Shown piece by piece: positions 1 through 7,604 of a DNA stretch of 38,548 nt; position 1 is the stretch's first letter, and each line of letters opens with the position of its first letter. The stretch is from a virus. Its lineage: Duplodnaviria; Caudoviricetes. A program made the translations under genes and the position numbers. The stretch is taken from positions 1 to 38,548 of IMG/VR virus record IMGVR_UViG_3300005326_000034. The stretch is one strand, 5' to 3'. Under the pieces are notes generated by a model. It was not told the origin of the DNA, searched no databases, and saw nothing but the letters and a program-made list of their open reading frames with translations.

Positions 1-123
1 CCGCGCCGTCGACGAGCTGATCGCGCTCCGGACCGTACACGAGTCCGACCTGCCGCTGATCGAGCAGCTGGTCTTCGCCGCCTACATCTACCGCCGCGCC
101 GCTATGGAGCTCGAGGCCATGTC
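1..123. repeat. Terminal direct repeat (123 bp, identical to 38426-38548); circular-assembly overlap
   Basis: ccgcgccgtcgacgag...gaggccatgtc is identical at both ends, and the terS frame is continuous across the join. Confidence 0.97.
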
Positions 124-346
124 GCTCACGGGCTTCTCCGCGATGGGCAACGAGGTCGCCAACCCCCGGCTCAAGATCATGAAGGACGCGGCATCGACGT
201 ACGACCAGAAGGCCGAGAAGCTCGGCCTCACCCCGGTCGCGCGTCTGCGCATGGGTCTCATGCGGATCGCCGGAGAGACGATGCTCCAGGGACTCAACAA
301 CGAGCTCGCGACGGCCGTGGCCGCGCGGCTTGCGGCCGGCAAGTAG
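1..346 (+). CDS. terS: Terminase small subunit, P27-like (3' part; gene starts at 38256 and wraps, about 171 aa)
   Basis: Joined frame gives MTKGRKVDPTR...PPAWIPAPAHDIWHRAVDEL...NPRLKIMKDAA...AEKLGLTPVARLR; the GLTP.aR motif is typical of P27-type TerS; directly upstream of terL. Confidence 0.9.
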   Translation, partial: RAVDELIALRTVHESDLPLIEQLVFAAYIYRRAAMELEAMSLTGFSAMGNEVANPRLKIMKDAASTYDQKAEKLGLTPVARLRMGLMRIAGETMLQGLNNELATAVAARLAAGK

Positions 347-348
347 TC

Positions 349-1911
349 ATGGCCACCGCGCGCAAGCCCGCGGCGAAGAAGGCGCCGATCGCCGAGGCGA
401 TCGAACGCTCCGCTCCTGCGCGCAAGCCGGCCGCCAAGAAGCCCGCCGGTAAGCCGGCCTCCCCGTCGCGCCCGGCGTCGACGCGGTCCAAGTACTCTCG
501 TCCAGGCATCGCGCTCGCGACGGCCGTGCGCGTCTTCGGCGAGCTCTACGTCAAGCACCAGAAGGGCGAGTTCCGGGGGATGCCGTTCGTGCTCGACGAG
601 TGGCAATGGCAAGACATCATCCTCCCGATCTACGCGACGCTCAACCGGCACCGCAAGCGAAAACACCGCTTCGCGCTGATCGGGCTGCCGAGGTGGAACG
701 GCAAGAGCGAGATCACCGCGCTCATGGTGCTCTATCACCTCTTCGTCGAGCGCGTCTTCTCCGGTGAGTGCTACGTCGTGGCCTCCACCGAGAAGCAGGC
801 CATGCTCGTGTTCAACACGGTCAAGCGGATGATCAAGGCGTCGCCACAGCTGGCGGCGGCGTGCGACATCTACGCCAAAGAGATCATCGTCAAGGAGACG
901 GGCTGCATCTTCCGCTGTCTGCCCCACGACGCCGACACCGCCCAGGGTTATCACCCGAGCCTCTGCATCATCGACGAGGTGCACGTCCACAAGAAGTCCG
1001 ACCTGATCGAGGCCATGGTCTCCGGCTCGGTCGGTCACGCCGAGGGTCTGGTCGTCTGCATCACGACCGCGGGCCCGAAGCGCGAAGGCGTGCTCTGGGA
1101 CCTCATCAAGGCGTGGACGTCGAACCCCTTCGCCTACGTGCACTGGGTCGGTGCGCCGGACGGTGCGGACCCTCATGACCCGAAGGTGTGGCGCGCCGCC
1201 AACCCGGCGAAGTGGATCACCGACGAGATGCTCCGGATCCAGTACGAGACGCTGCCTATCTGGTCGTTCGAGCGGTACCACCTCAACCGCTTCCCGTCCG
1301 GCGTCGGCGGGATCCAGGCGTTCCCGGTCCAGATGTGGGAGAAGAATGGCGGCGTGCCCGAGATAGACCCGGCGCTCCCGGTCGTCATCGGCGTCGACTC
1401 CGCGCCGAGGCGCGACCGCTGCTCCATCACGGTCGCCCAGCGACACGCCGACGGCACGCACCACTGGCAGACGTTCATCTTCGACCCCGGGCGCACACTC
1501 GAGTACGACGACCTCACCCAGGTCGAGGATCAGATCCGGCTCCTTTGTGGCGAGTTCTACGTGATCCGGATCGTGTGCGACCCCGCGTTCATGTGGCTGA
1601 TCCTGAACCGGCTCAAGGCGGAGGGCTTCCCGGTCGAGACGATGCGCCAGGACAACGCCCACATGTGCGGCGTCGCCGGCATGCTCTACAAGCTCCTCTC
1701 AGGCGGGCTCATCAACCACGGCAACGACCCGGACATGACCGATGACGCGATGAACGCCGCGGTGCTCGAGCGCCCGCCGTACGGATGGCGGATCGGCAAG
1801 CTCGACGATGACCGCCACATCGACTCGGTCATCTCCGCCGGCATGGCGAGCTTCGTCTTAGAGGCCGAGTTCGGCGACATGTACTCAGGCCCGCCCGTCA
1901 TCGTCGGCTGA
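349..1911 (+). CDS. terL: Terminase large subunit
   Basis: Walker A-like LPRWNGKS, Walker B IIDEVH, ITTAG, ANP, nuclease VIGVD and HIDSVIS motifs. Confidence 0.95.
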   Translation: MATARKPAAKKAPIAEAIERSAPARKPAAKKPAGKPASPSRPASTRSKYSRPGIALATAVRVFGELYVKHQKGEFRGMPFVLDEWQWQDIILPIYATLNRHRKRKHRFALIGLPRWNGKSEITALMVLYHLFVERVFSGECYVVASTEKQAMLVFNTVKRMIKASPQLAAACDIYAKEIIVKETGCIFRCLPHDADTAQGYHPSLCIIDEVHVHKKSDLIEAMVSGSVGHAEGLVVCITTAGPKREGVLWDLIKAWTSNPFAYVHWVGAPDGADPHDPKVWRAANPAKWITDEMLRIQYETLPIWSFERYHLNRFPSGVGGIQAFPVQMWEKNGGVPEIDPALPVVIGVDSAPRRDRCSITVAQRHADGTHHWQTFIFDPGRTLEYDDLTQVEDQIRLLCGEFYVIRIVCDPAFMWLILNRLKAEGFPVETMRQDNAHMCGVAGMLYKLLSGGLINHGNDPDMTDDAMNAAVLERPPYGWRIGKLDDDRHIDSVISAGMASFVLEAEFGDMYSGPPVIVG

Positions 1912-1915
1912 GCGC

Positions 1916-1943
1916 GGGAGACACGCACCCCACGCTTGGGGTC
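1916..1943 (+). promoter_or_regulatory. GAGACAC-box promoter, leaderless for the 1944 gene
   Basis: GGGAGACAC-gcaccc-CACGCT-7 nt-ATG; one of 8 identically spaced copies. Confidence 0.7.
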
Positions 1944-2207
1944 ATGAAGCCATTCAAGCGCCAGCCTGAGCCCAAGCCCGAGACGCCGCGTTCCTATCTC
2001 GAGGAGATGGAGCGGTTCCGCGTCGTCGTGCACATGCGCGACGGGTCGGTCGAGGGCACGCTCTCGCACCTGTATCCCGACTGCCTGGTGCTCACCCATG
2101 CGTTCTACCTCGAACAGGGCGCCCGGACCGTGATCGACGGCGAGGCCGTGATCGAGCGCGTGAAGGTCGCCTGGATCCAGCGCATCGGCATCCCTGAGGG
2201 GGCGTAA
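1944..2207 (+). CDS. Small Sm/LSm-fold-like protein between terL and portal
   Basis: RVVVHMRDGSVEGTL..LYPDCLVLTHA...GEAVIERVKVAWIQ resembles the Sm1/Sm2 pattern. Confidence 0.6.
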   Translation: MKPFKRQPEPKPETPRSYLEEMERFRVVVHMRDGSVEGTLSHLYPDCLVLTHAFYLEQGARTVIDGEAVIERVKVAWIQRIGIPEGA

Positions 2208-2208
2208 G

Positions 2209-3579
2209 ATGTCTCCGATCACGCTGCGCAGCGAGGGCACCTACCGTGCCGTGGCGCTTGGCGGAGGCTTCGAGCGGCACATCGGTCCGTCTCCGGGCTA
2301 CATCCCGCTGCACGGCGTCCAGGAGATCACAGACCCGATCACCGGCAAGACGCTCACCGTCAGCCGCTCGGCGACCTACGACCTCATGTATCGCCGTCAG
2401 CCGGCGTTCTACGCCGTGGCGACGCTGCTCATCAAGGCGTTCGCCCGGCTGCCCGCGAAAACGTACATAGAGACGGCCGACTCTCGCGCGCGGTCGAAAT
2501 CAGCCCCGACCGCCAAGTTGCTTCGGACGCCGTATCGGCGTGGATCCGCGTGGGACTGGAAGGTGCGCCTCGGCTACGACCTCATGGTCCACGGCCGTCA
2601 CCTCCAGGTGAAGTACCGCCCTAACCCGGCGTCCCCGCCCACCGGCCTCATCCCCGTGCCCTGGAGCCGGGTCGAGCGTGTCGAAGACGACCTCGGCCTG
2701 CTCGGCTTCTTCGTGCACATGGGATCCGAGCGGATCCCCGTGCCGCTTGACGACGCGGTCTACTACGAGCTCCCCGGCGGCGTCGCGCCGTCTGAGGTCC
2801 TGCGCCGAACGCTCGCGCTCGAAGACGCAGCCACGACGTTCCAGGGATCCGCGCTGGAAAACGGCGTGACCCCTCGCGCCGCCTTCAGCTTCAAGAACCC
2901 GATCATGCCCCAGGACCGGCCGTTCGTCCGCGGCGAGATCGAGAAGCTCTACATGGGGCCCGACAAGGCCGCGAACTTCGCGATCCTTTCAGGTGATGCC
3001 ACGGTCTCCACGATCGGCGTCTCCGCCGTCGACCTCGCGCTCATGGAGCAGCGCAAGCTCTCCCGCGAGGAGTGCTGCGCCGTCTACAACGTGAGTCCCG
3101 CGATCGTCGGATGGGGGAGCGACAAGGCGATCAGCTACGCGAGCGCCAAGGAGTTCCACGGAAGCCTCTACGTCGACGCGCTCGGTCCCGTGATCACGAT
3201 GGTCGAGGAGACCATGCAGGCGCAGCTGATCGACGTCGAGGGCGCCTGGGACGGCCTGTACGTCGAGTTCGACCTCGACGAGCTCCTGCGCCCGGACATG
3301 ACGGAGCGCATGCGCGCCTACCTCCTGGGCCAGCAGTCCTCGACGTTCACCATCGACGACCGCCGGGCGGCCGAGAACAAGCCGGCGTTCAAGATCGCCG
3401 GCGTCACCGACGTCCCGCTGATCCCCGTGAACATGCGCCCGGCCGCCGCCGGGATGTTCGACAACGGAGAGCCGCCCCCCGTTCCCGGTGACCCCGGCGC
3501 GAGTGGCCTTATCGACCAGCTCGTCTTAGACACGGTGCGCGGCGGCTCTCGCCCAGACCCTGAGGAAGGTGGCCTCTGA
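2209..3579 (+). CDS. Portal protein (HK97 family)
   Basis: LEQRKLSREECCAVYNVSPAIVG, FDLDELLRPD, TIDDRRAAEN motifs; position after terL. Confidence 0.93.
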   Translation: MSPITLRSEGTYRAVALGGGFERHIGPSPGYIPLHGVQEITDPITGKTLTVSRSATYDLMYRRQPAFYAVATLLIKAFARLPAKTYIETADSRARSKSAPTAKLLRTPYRRGSAWDWKVRLGYDLMVHGRHLQVKYRPNPASPPTGLIPVPWSRVERVEDDLGLLGFFVHMGSERIPVPLDDAVYYELPGGVAPSEVLRRTLALEDAATTFQGSALENGVTPRAAFSFKNPIMPQDRPFVRGEIEKLYMGPDKAANFAILSGDATVSTIGVSAVDLALMEQRKLSREECCAVYNVSPAIVGWGSDKAISYASAKEFHGSLYVDALGPVITMVEETMQAQLIDVEGAWDGLYVEFDLDELLRPDMTERMRAYLLGQQSSTFTIDDRRAAENKPAFKIAGVTDVPLIPVNMRPAAAGMFDNGEPPPVPGDPGASGLIDQLVLDTVRGGSRPDPEEGGL

Positions 3580-4328
3580 TGAAGCCCAAGAACAAGCCGT
3601 GGTACCAGATCAAGGCCGCCGCCGAGAAGAGCGGTCCGGCTCAGGTCTACATCTACGAAGACATCGATCCGTACTGGGGGACCAACGCCCACACGTTCGC
3701 GATCGAGCTCGACGCCCTTGACGTCGAGGAGATCGACGTCCACATCAACTCCGCCGGCGGCAACATCTTCGAGGGCTACGCGATCGCGAACGCGATCCGC
3801 AACCACAAGGCGACGGTGACCGCGTACATCGACGGTCTTGCGGCCTCGATCGCGAGCGTCATCGCGCTCGCGGCCGACAAGGTGGTCATCGCTCCCGCCG
3901 CCATGTTCATGTACCACGAGGCCACCGGCGCGGCCTACCGCGCCAAGGCGAGCGACATGCGCCGCGTCGCCGCGATCATCGATCAGATGAACGAGACGAT
4001 CGCGCAGATCTACGCGGACAAGACCGGCAAGACCACCACGGAGATCCGCGCGGAGATGGCCGCCGAGACCTGGCTCAAGGCTCCGGCCGCGATCGAGCAG
4101 GGCTTCTGTGACGAGCTCGGCCCGGCGATCGCGGTCGCCGCATGCGCCGACGCCGAGACCTTCCAGGCGCTCGGCTTCAGCCACGTCCCGGATGAACTCT
4201 TGGCCGTGATCGAGCCGAGCGCACCGGAGGCTCCCGAGCCACCCGCGCCAGACGCGGGAGACACGGCCCCCACCATCGATAACGAGAGGCTGGCTGCGCA
4301 GCTGCGCACCCGATTCAAGGAGGTATAG
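3579..4328 (+). CDS. Prohead maturation protease, ClpP-like
   Basis: HINSAGGNIFEG, IDGLAASIASVIA, MYHEA, ETWL..AIEQGFCD. Confidence 0.95.
   Translation: MKPKNKPWYQIKAAAEKSGPAQVYIYEDIDPYWGTNAHTFAIELDALDVEEIDVHINSAGGNIFEGYAIANAIRNHKATVTAYIDGLAASIASVIALAADKVVIAPAAMFMYHEATGAAYRAKASDMRRVAAIIDQMNETIAQIYADKTGKTTTEIRAEMAAETWLKAPAAIEQGFCDELGPAIAVAACADAETFQALGFSHVPDELLAVIEPSAPEAPEPPAPDAGDTAPTIDNERLAAQLRTRFKEV
4256..4276 (+). promoter_or_regulatory. GAGACAC-box promoter for the major capsid gene (inside protease 3' end)
   Basis: GGGAGACAC-ggcccc-CACCAT, about 55 nt before the capsid ATG. Confidence 0.65.
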
Positions 4329-4329
4329 C

Positions 4330-5607
4330 ATGGCACCCCGATCCGATGCCGCGCGCGCGGCCCAGGCCGAGCTCGCACGGAAGCGTGGAGAGCACGCTTC
4401 CCTGGTCAAGCAGAACCAGGCCATGATGGATGCCGCGGTGGCAGAGGGTTCCGTCACCTCCGCGGACTTCATGGACAAGTACGACGAGGCCACCAAGGTC
4501 TCCGACACCATGGCCGAGGACATCCAGCGCCTCGACCTCTTCACCCGTCAGCACCTCGCTGACACCGAGAACGGTGGCGTGGATCCCATGGCGCCGTTCC
4601 AGCCCGCCGGCGAGGCGGCACCGAACGCCCGTGATTCATGGGCCAAGCGGTTCCGCAACTCCTCGGCCATGCAGTACCTGACGGACCGCGGGGTCACTAA
4701 GACCGACAGCGCGGAGATCGGCACGTCCCCGGCCGCGCTGCTCGCCGATCGTGACGAGTTCCGCAACACGCTGCTCACCACGAGCGGCTACCCGGGCCGT
4801 GAGGACCGCCGCGACGGCATCATCCCGCTGCCACTCGCGCCGCTCACACTGCTCGACCTGATCACGGTCTCCACGACCGATCAGGAGACGGTGGAGTGGG
4901 TCTTCGAGAAGACCTTCACCAACACCGCAGCAGAGACCGGCGAGGGCACCGCCGCCCCCGAGGGCGTTCTCGAGTTCGACTCGCGAACCGCACTCGTGAA
5001 GGACATCCCGTTCTTCTTGCCGGCCACCCGCCGGATCCTGCGCGACCCCGCCCGCCTGGACAGCTACATCAACCAGCGCCTGGGCTACGGCGTGCGCGCA
5101 CGCCTGCAGAACCAGGTCGTCGGCGGCAACGGTGCCGGCCAGAACCTGACCGGCATCCTCAACCAGCTCGGCATCCTGTCGCAGCCTCGCGGCACCGCGT
5201 CGCTCCCTGACGTCGTGCACTTCGCGATGACCGCGATCCGTGTCGCCTCCAACGGCATGTACGAGCCGCGCGTCATGCTCGCCCACCCCTACGACGAAGA
5301 GCGCCTGGTGCTCTCCAAGTCGACCGGGACGAACGAGTACCTCTTCGGTGGGCCGACCAAGCCGGCCGCGAACACCGCGTGGGGCATGCTCGTGGTCCCG
5401 CACGTGTCCGTCCCCGAGGGCAACCCGATCGTGTGCGACCCGGCGCTCGCCGAGCTCGCGATCCGCGAGGGTCTAACCCTGTCGATGAGCGACTCGCACG
5501 GTACGTACTTCACCGAGCGCAAGGTCGCCTTCCTGGCAGCGATCTCAGCCGCGTTCGGCCTGATCGACCCCAGCGGCTTCTGCGAGATCACGAACTTCGA
5601 CTCGTGA
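4330..5607 (+). CDS. Major capsid protein (HK97 fold, N-terminal delta-like domain)
   Basis: AAETGEGTAAPE, ATRRILRD, QVVGGNGAGQNLTGILN, FTERKVAFLA; RBS aaggagg. Confidence 0.95.
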   Translation: MAPRSDAARAAQAELARKRGEHASLVKQNQAMMDAAVAEGSVTSADFMDKYDEATKVSDTMAEDIQRLDLFTRQHLADTENGGVDPMAPFQPAGEAAPNARDSWAKRFRNSSAMQYLTDRGVTKTDSAEIGTSPAALLADRDEFRNTLLTTSGYPGREDRRDGIIPLPLAPLTLLDLITVSTTDQETVEWVFEKTFTNTAAETGEGTAAPEGVLEFDSRTALVKDIPFFLPATRRILRDPARLDSYINQRLGYGVRARLQNQVVGGNGAGQNLTGILNQLGILSQPRGTASLPDVVHFAMTAIRVASNGMYEPRVMLAHPYDEERLVLSKSTGTNEYLFGGPTKPAANTAWGMLVVPHVSVPEGNPIVCDPALAELAIREGLTLSMSDSHGTYFTERKVAFLAAISAAFGLIDPSGFCEITNFDS

Positions 5608-5636
5608 TCGTAAGGCTCGGCCGACTGTAGACCGAT

Positions 5637-5671
5637 GACGGGCCCGGCCTCATGTGCCGGGCCCGTTCTCT
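5637..5671 (+). terminator. Intrinsic terminator-like hairpin after capsid gene
   Basis: gacgggcccggc-ctcatgt-gccgggcccgtt, 12-bp stem followed by ctct. Confidence 0.75.
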
Positions 5672-5689
5672 ACGCGAGAGGGGACCGCC

Positions 5690-6670
5690 GTGCCGCGCGT
5701 GCTCTACCTGCTCCGCTCCGAGAACCGCGCCGGATCCGCGTACAAGTACCTCGAGATGTTCCAGCGCGTGCTGCCGGGGCAGATCGTCGCCGGCGAGGAG
5801 ACCGCGCTCAACCACGCGCTCCGGCAAGGCTGCGACGTCGCGGTCGTGCGGGGCGACATGTCGACTCACTTCGACCTGTGCCGCCGGCAGAAGACCCCGT
5901 ACCTCCTGATAGAGCAGGACGTCGCGACGATGCGCGGGGCCCGGTGCCCGGCCGAACGCTCCATGATCGAGGGCGCACTCGGCGTGCTGTTCAACAGCCG
6001 CGGCACGCGCGACTACTGCGTCGACCGCTACCGGATCAGGCATCACGAGGTCGTACCGCTCCGCCCGCTCGCCGAGCAGCTCGACTTCGAGCCGAGGACC
6101 AAGCTCGAGGGCCGCACGATGGTCTACGCCGGCGGCCTGGTCTCGTGGCGACACCGCCGGCAGCCGTGGGGCTACCGGGCGTACCACGACATCTTCGCGC
6201 GCATCATGGCCCACGGGTGGGAGATGCACGTCTACCCCGGCCGCGACACGCGACAGACCATCATCGACGAGTACACAGAGCTCGGCTGCACCGTCCACGA
6301 CTCCGTGCCCGAGGCGGTCCTACCGCGCGAGCTGAGCCGCTACAGCGCAGGCCTGCAGGCGTACAACCTCACGGACGTGCCGGGCCCCACTGCACGCTAC
6401 GTGGCCGCGTGCGCCCCGAACAAGACGTACCTGTACCTCGCTGCCGGGATCCCCACGGTGGGCTTCAGCCCCGGCGGGGCGGGCGAGGTCTATGACGGCC
6501 GCTGGGGCGTCGTGGTGGAGAACCTCCAGGACCTCGAGACGATAGAGCTCTCGCCGGTGCGCGCCGCCGATCGCCGGGCCGAGGTCATGGACCACGATCT
6601 GCCGGCGTTCGAGCGCCTCGCGGCGATCGTGGGAGACACCGAGCGCACAGTCGTATCACGGGCGCAGTAG
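5690..6670 (+). CDS. Glycosyltransferase, GT-B/GT4-like
   Basis: GTG start after gagagggg; VLFNS, MVYAGGL, VPEAVLPRELSRYSAGL and PNKTYLYLAAGIPTV match the GT4-type PnK..eY.aaG.Pv motif. Confidence 0.8.
   Translation: MPRVLYLLRSENRAGSAYKYLEMFQRVLPGQIVAGEETALNHALRQGCDVAVVRGDMSTHFDLCRRQKTPYLLIEQDVATMRGARCPAERSMIEGALGVLFNSRGTRDYCVDRYRIRHHEVVPLRPLAEQLDFEPRTKLEGRTMVYAGGLVSWRHRRQPWGYRAYHDIFARIMAHGWEMHVYPGRDTRQTIIDEYTELGCTVHDSVPEAVLPRELSRYSAGLQAYNLTDVPGPTARYVAACAPNKTYLYLAAGIPTVGFSPGGAGEVYDGRWGVVVENLQDLETIELSPVRAADRRAEVMDHDLPAFERLAAIVGDTERTVVSRAQ
6631..6651 (+). promoter_or_regulatory. GAGACAC-box promoter for the 6697 gene (inside GT 3' end)
   Basis: GGGAGACAC-cgagcg-CACAGT. Confidence 0.62.
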
Positions 6671-6696
6671 CCCGCCATTGATCAAGGAGGGACCAG

Positions 6697-7257
6697 ATGA
6701 GCGAGAAGCCTGTCATCGTCGACAAGCGCGTCTACGAGCGCGTACCTGGCGCACGGCACATGCGTCTGACGCACGTGCCCGGCGACGCGGTCGAGGCGGA
6801 GGAATTCGCGCGGATCCGCAAGGCTGAGGTCGCAGCCGAGGCCGAGAAGGCCAAGGCGGTCAAGGCCCGGCCCAAGGCGGTCGCACCGGTCAAGGAGCCG
6901 GAGCCCGCACCGGTCGAGGCGACCTCTGTCGCGCACGTGTACGGCGCGAAGGCTCAGGTCGACGGAGACCACGGCGTCATCGACCTCGTCTATGACGAGA
7001 CGGACGCGCAGTGGGTCCTCGAGGCGACCCTCGAGCCCTACGAGGGCGACGTCACCGACGAGGACCTCCTGGAGGACGAGGGCGCGTGCGCGCCCGCGGC
7101 CGAGGATGTCCCAGCCGAGGCGGAGGCTCCCAAGCCCAAGCCGAAGCTCAAGAAGGACATCGTCGACCGGCTGACCGAGCTCGGCGTCGCCTTCGACCCG
7201 AAGCAGCCGGCCAAGGATCTCAGCGCGATCCTCGCCGCCGCCGAGGCATCGGTCTAA
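6697..7257 (+). CDS. Acidic/Ala-Pro-rich protein with C-terminal HeH/Rho-N-like motif
   Basis: RBS aaggaggg; C-terminus KKDIVDRLTELGVAFDPKQPAKDLSAIL. Confidence 0.7.
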   Translation: MSEKPVIVDKRVYERVPGARHMRLTHVPGDAVEAEEFARIRKAEVAAEAEKAKAVKARPKAVAPVKEPEPAPVEATSVAHVYGAKAQVDGDHGVIDLVYDETDAQWVLEATLEPYEGDVTDEDLLEDEGACAPAAEDVPAEAEAPKPKPKLKKDIVDRLTELGVAFDPKQPAKDLSAILAAAEASV

Positions 7258-7274
7258 CCGACGCAAACCGCAGA

Positions 7275-7308
7275 GGGGCGGCGCTGGGGTCATCCCGGTG
7301 GCCGCCCC
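7275..7308 (+). terminator. GC-rich hairpin (terminator or mRNA stabiliser) after the 6697 gene
   Basis: ggggcggc-gctggg-gtcat-cccggt-g-gccgcccc; no U-tract. Confidence 0.5.
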
Positions 7309-7328
7309 GCGTGCGAGAGGGTGATAGC

Positions 7329-7604
7329 GTGGCGCTTCCCACCACAGGCCGGATGACGCTCCGGGTCGCGGACGCCGAGACGCGCTTCGAGTGCGGTCCC
7401 GGCGTCGCCGTGACCTGGCACCGGTCGATGCTCTCTCCGTGCGATGCCGCGCCGGACGGCGTAGAGCAGGCCACGGTGGAGTCATCCCCGGGGTGGGTCG
7501 AGGTCACGTACCCGGAGCCGCACGTCTGCCGGATCGAGATGTGCGACGAGCCTGTCCCCGAGCCGACTCTCGGCGACCTCCCTGCGCTCATGGGCGTGAT
7601 CTAG
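7329..7604 (+). CDS. Hypothetical protein
   Basis: GTG after gagaggg; MALPTTGRMTLRVADAETRF...; stop abuts next start. Confidence 0.65.
   Translation: MALPTTGRMTLRVADAETRFECGPGVAVTWHRSMLSPCDAAPDGVEQATVESSPGWVEVTYPEPHVCRIEMCDEPVPEPTLGDLPALMGVI

Noticed and set aside
1-123. Terminal repeat as a biological DTR
   Set aside because: It falls mid-terS and is the size expected of an assembler overlap; the packaging genes suggest cos ends near 37.7 kb instead.
88-1662. Long antisense ORFs (e.g. 88-1662, 3318-4544, 13970-15664)
   Set aside because: Shadow frames of high-GC genes with recognisable + strand products; no motifs or RBS.
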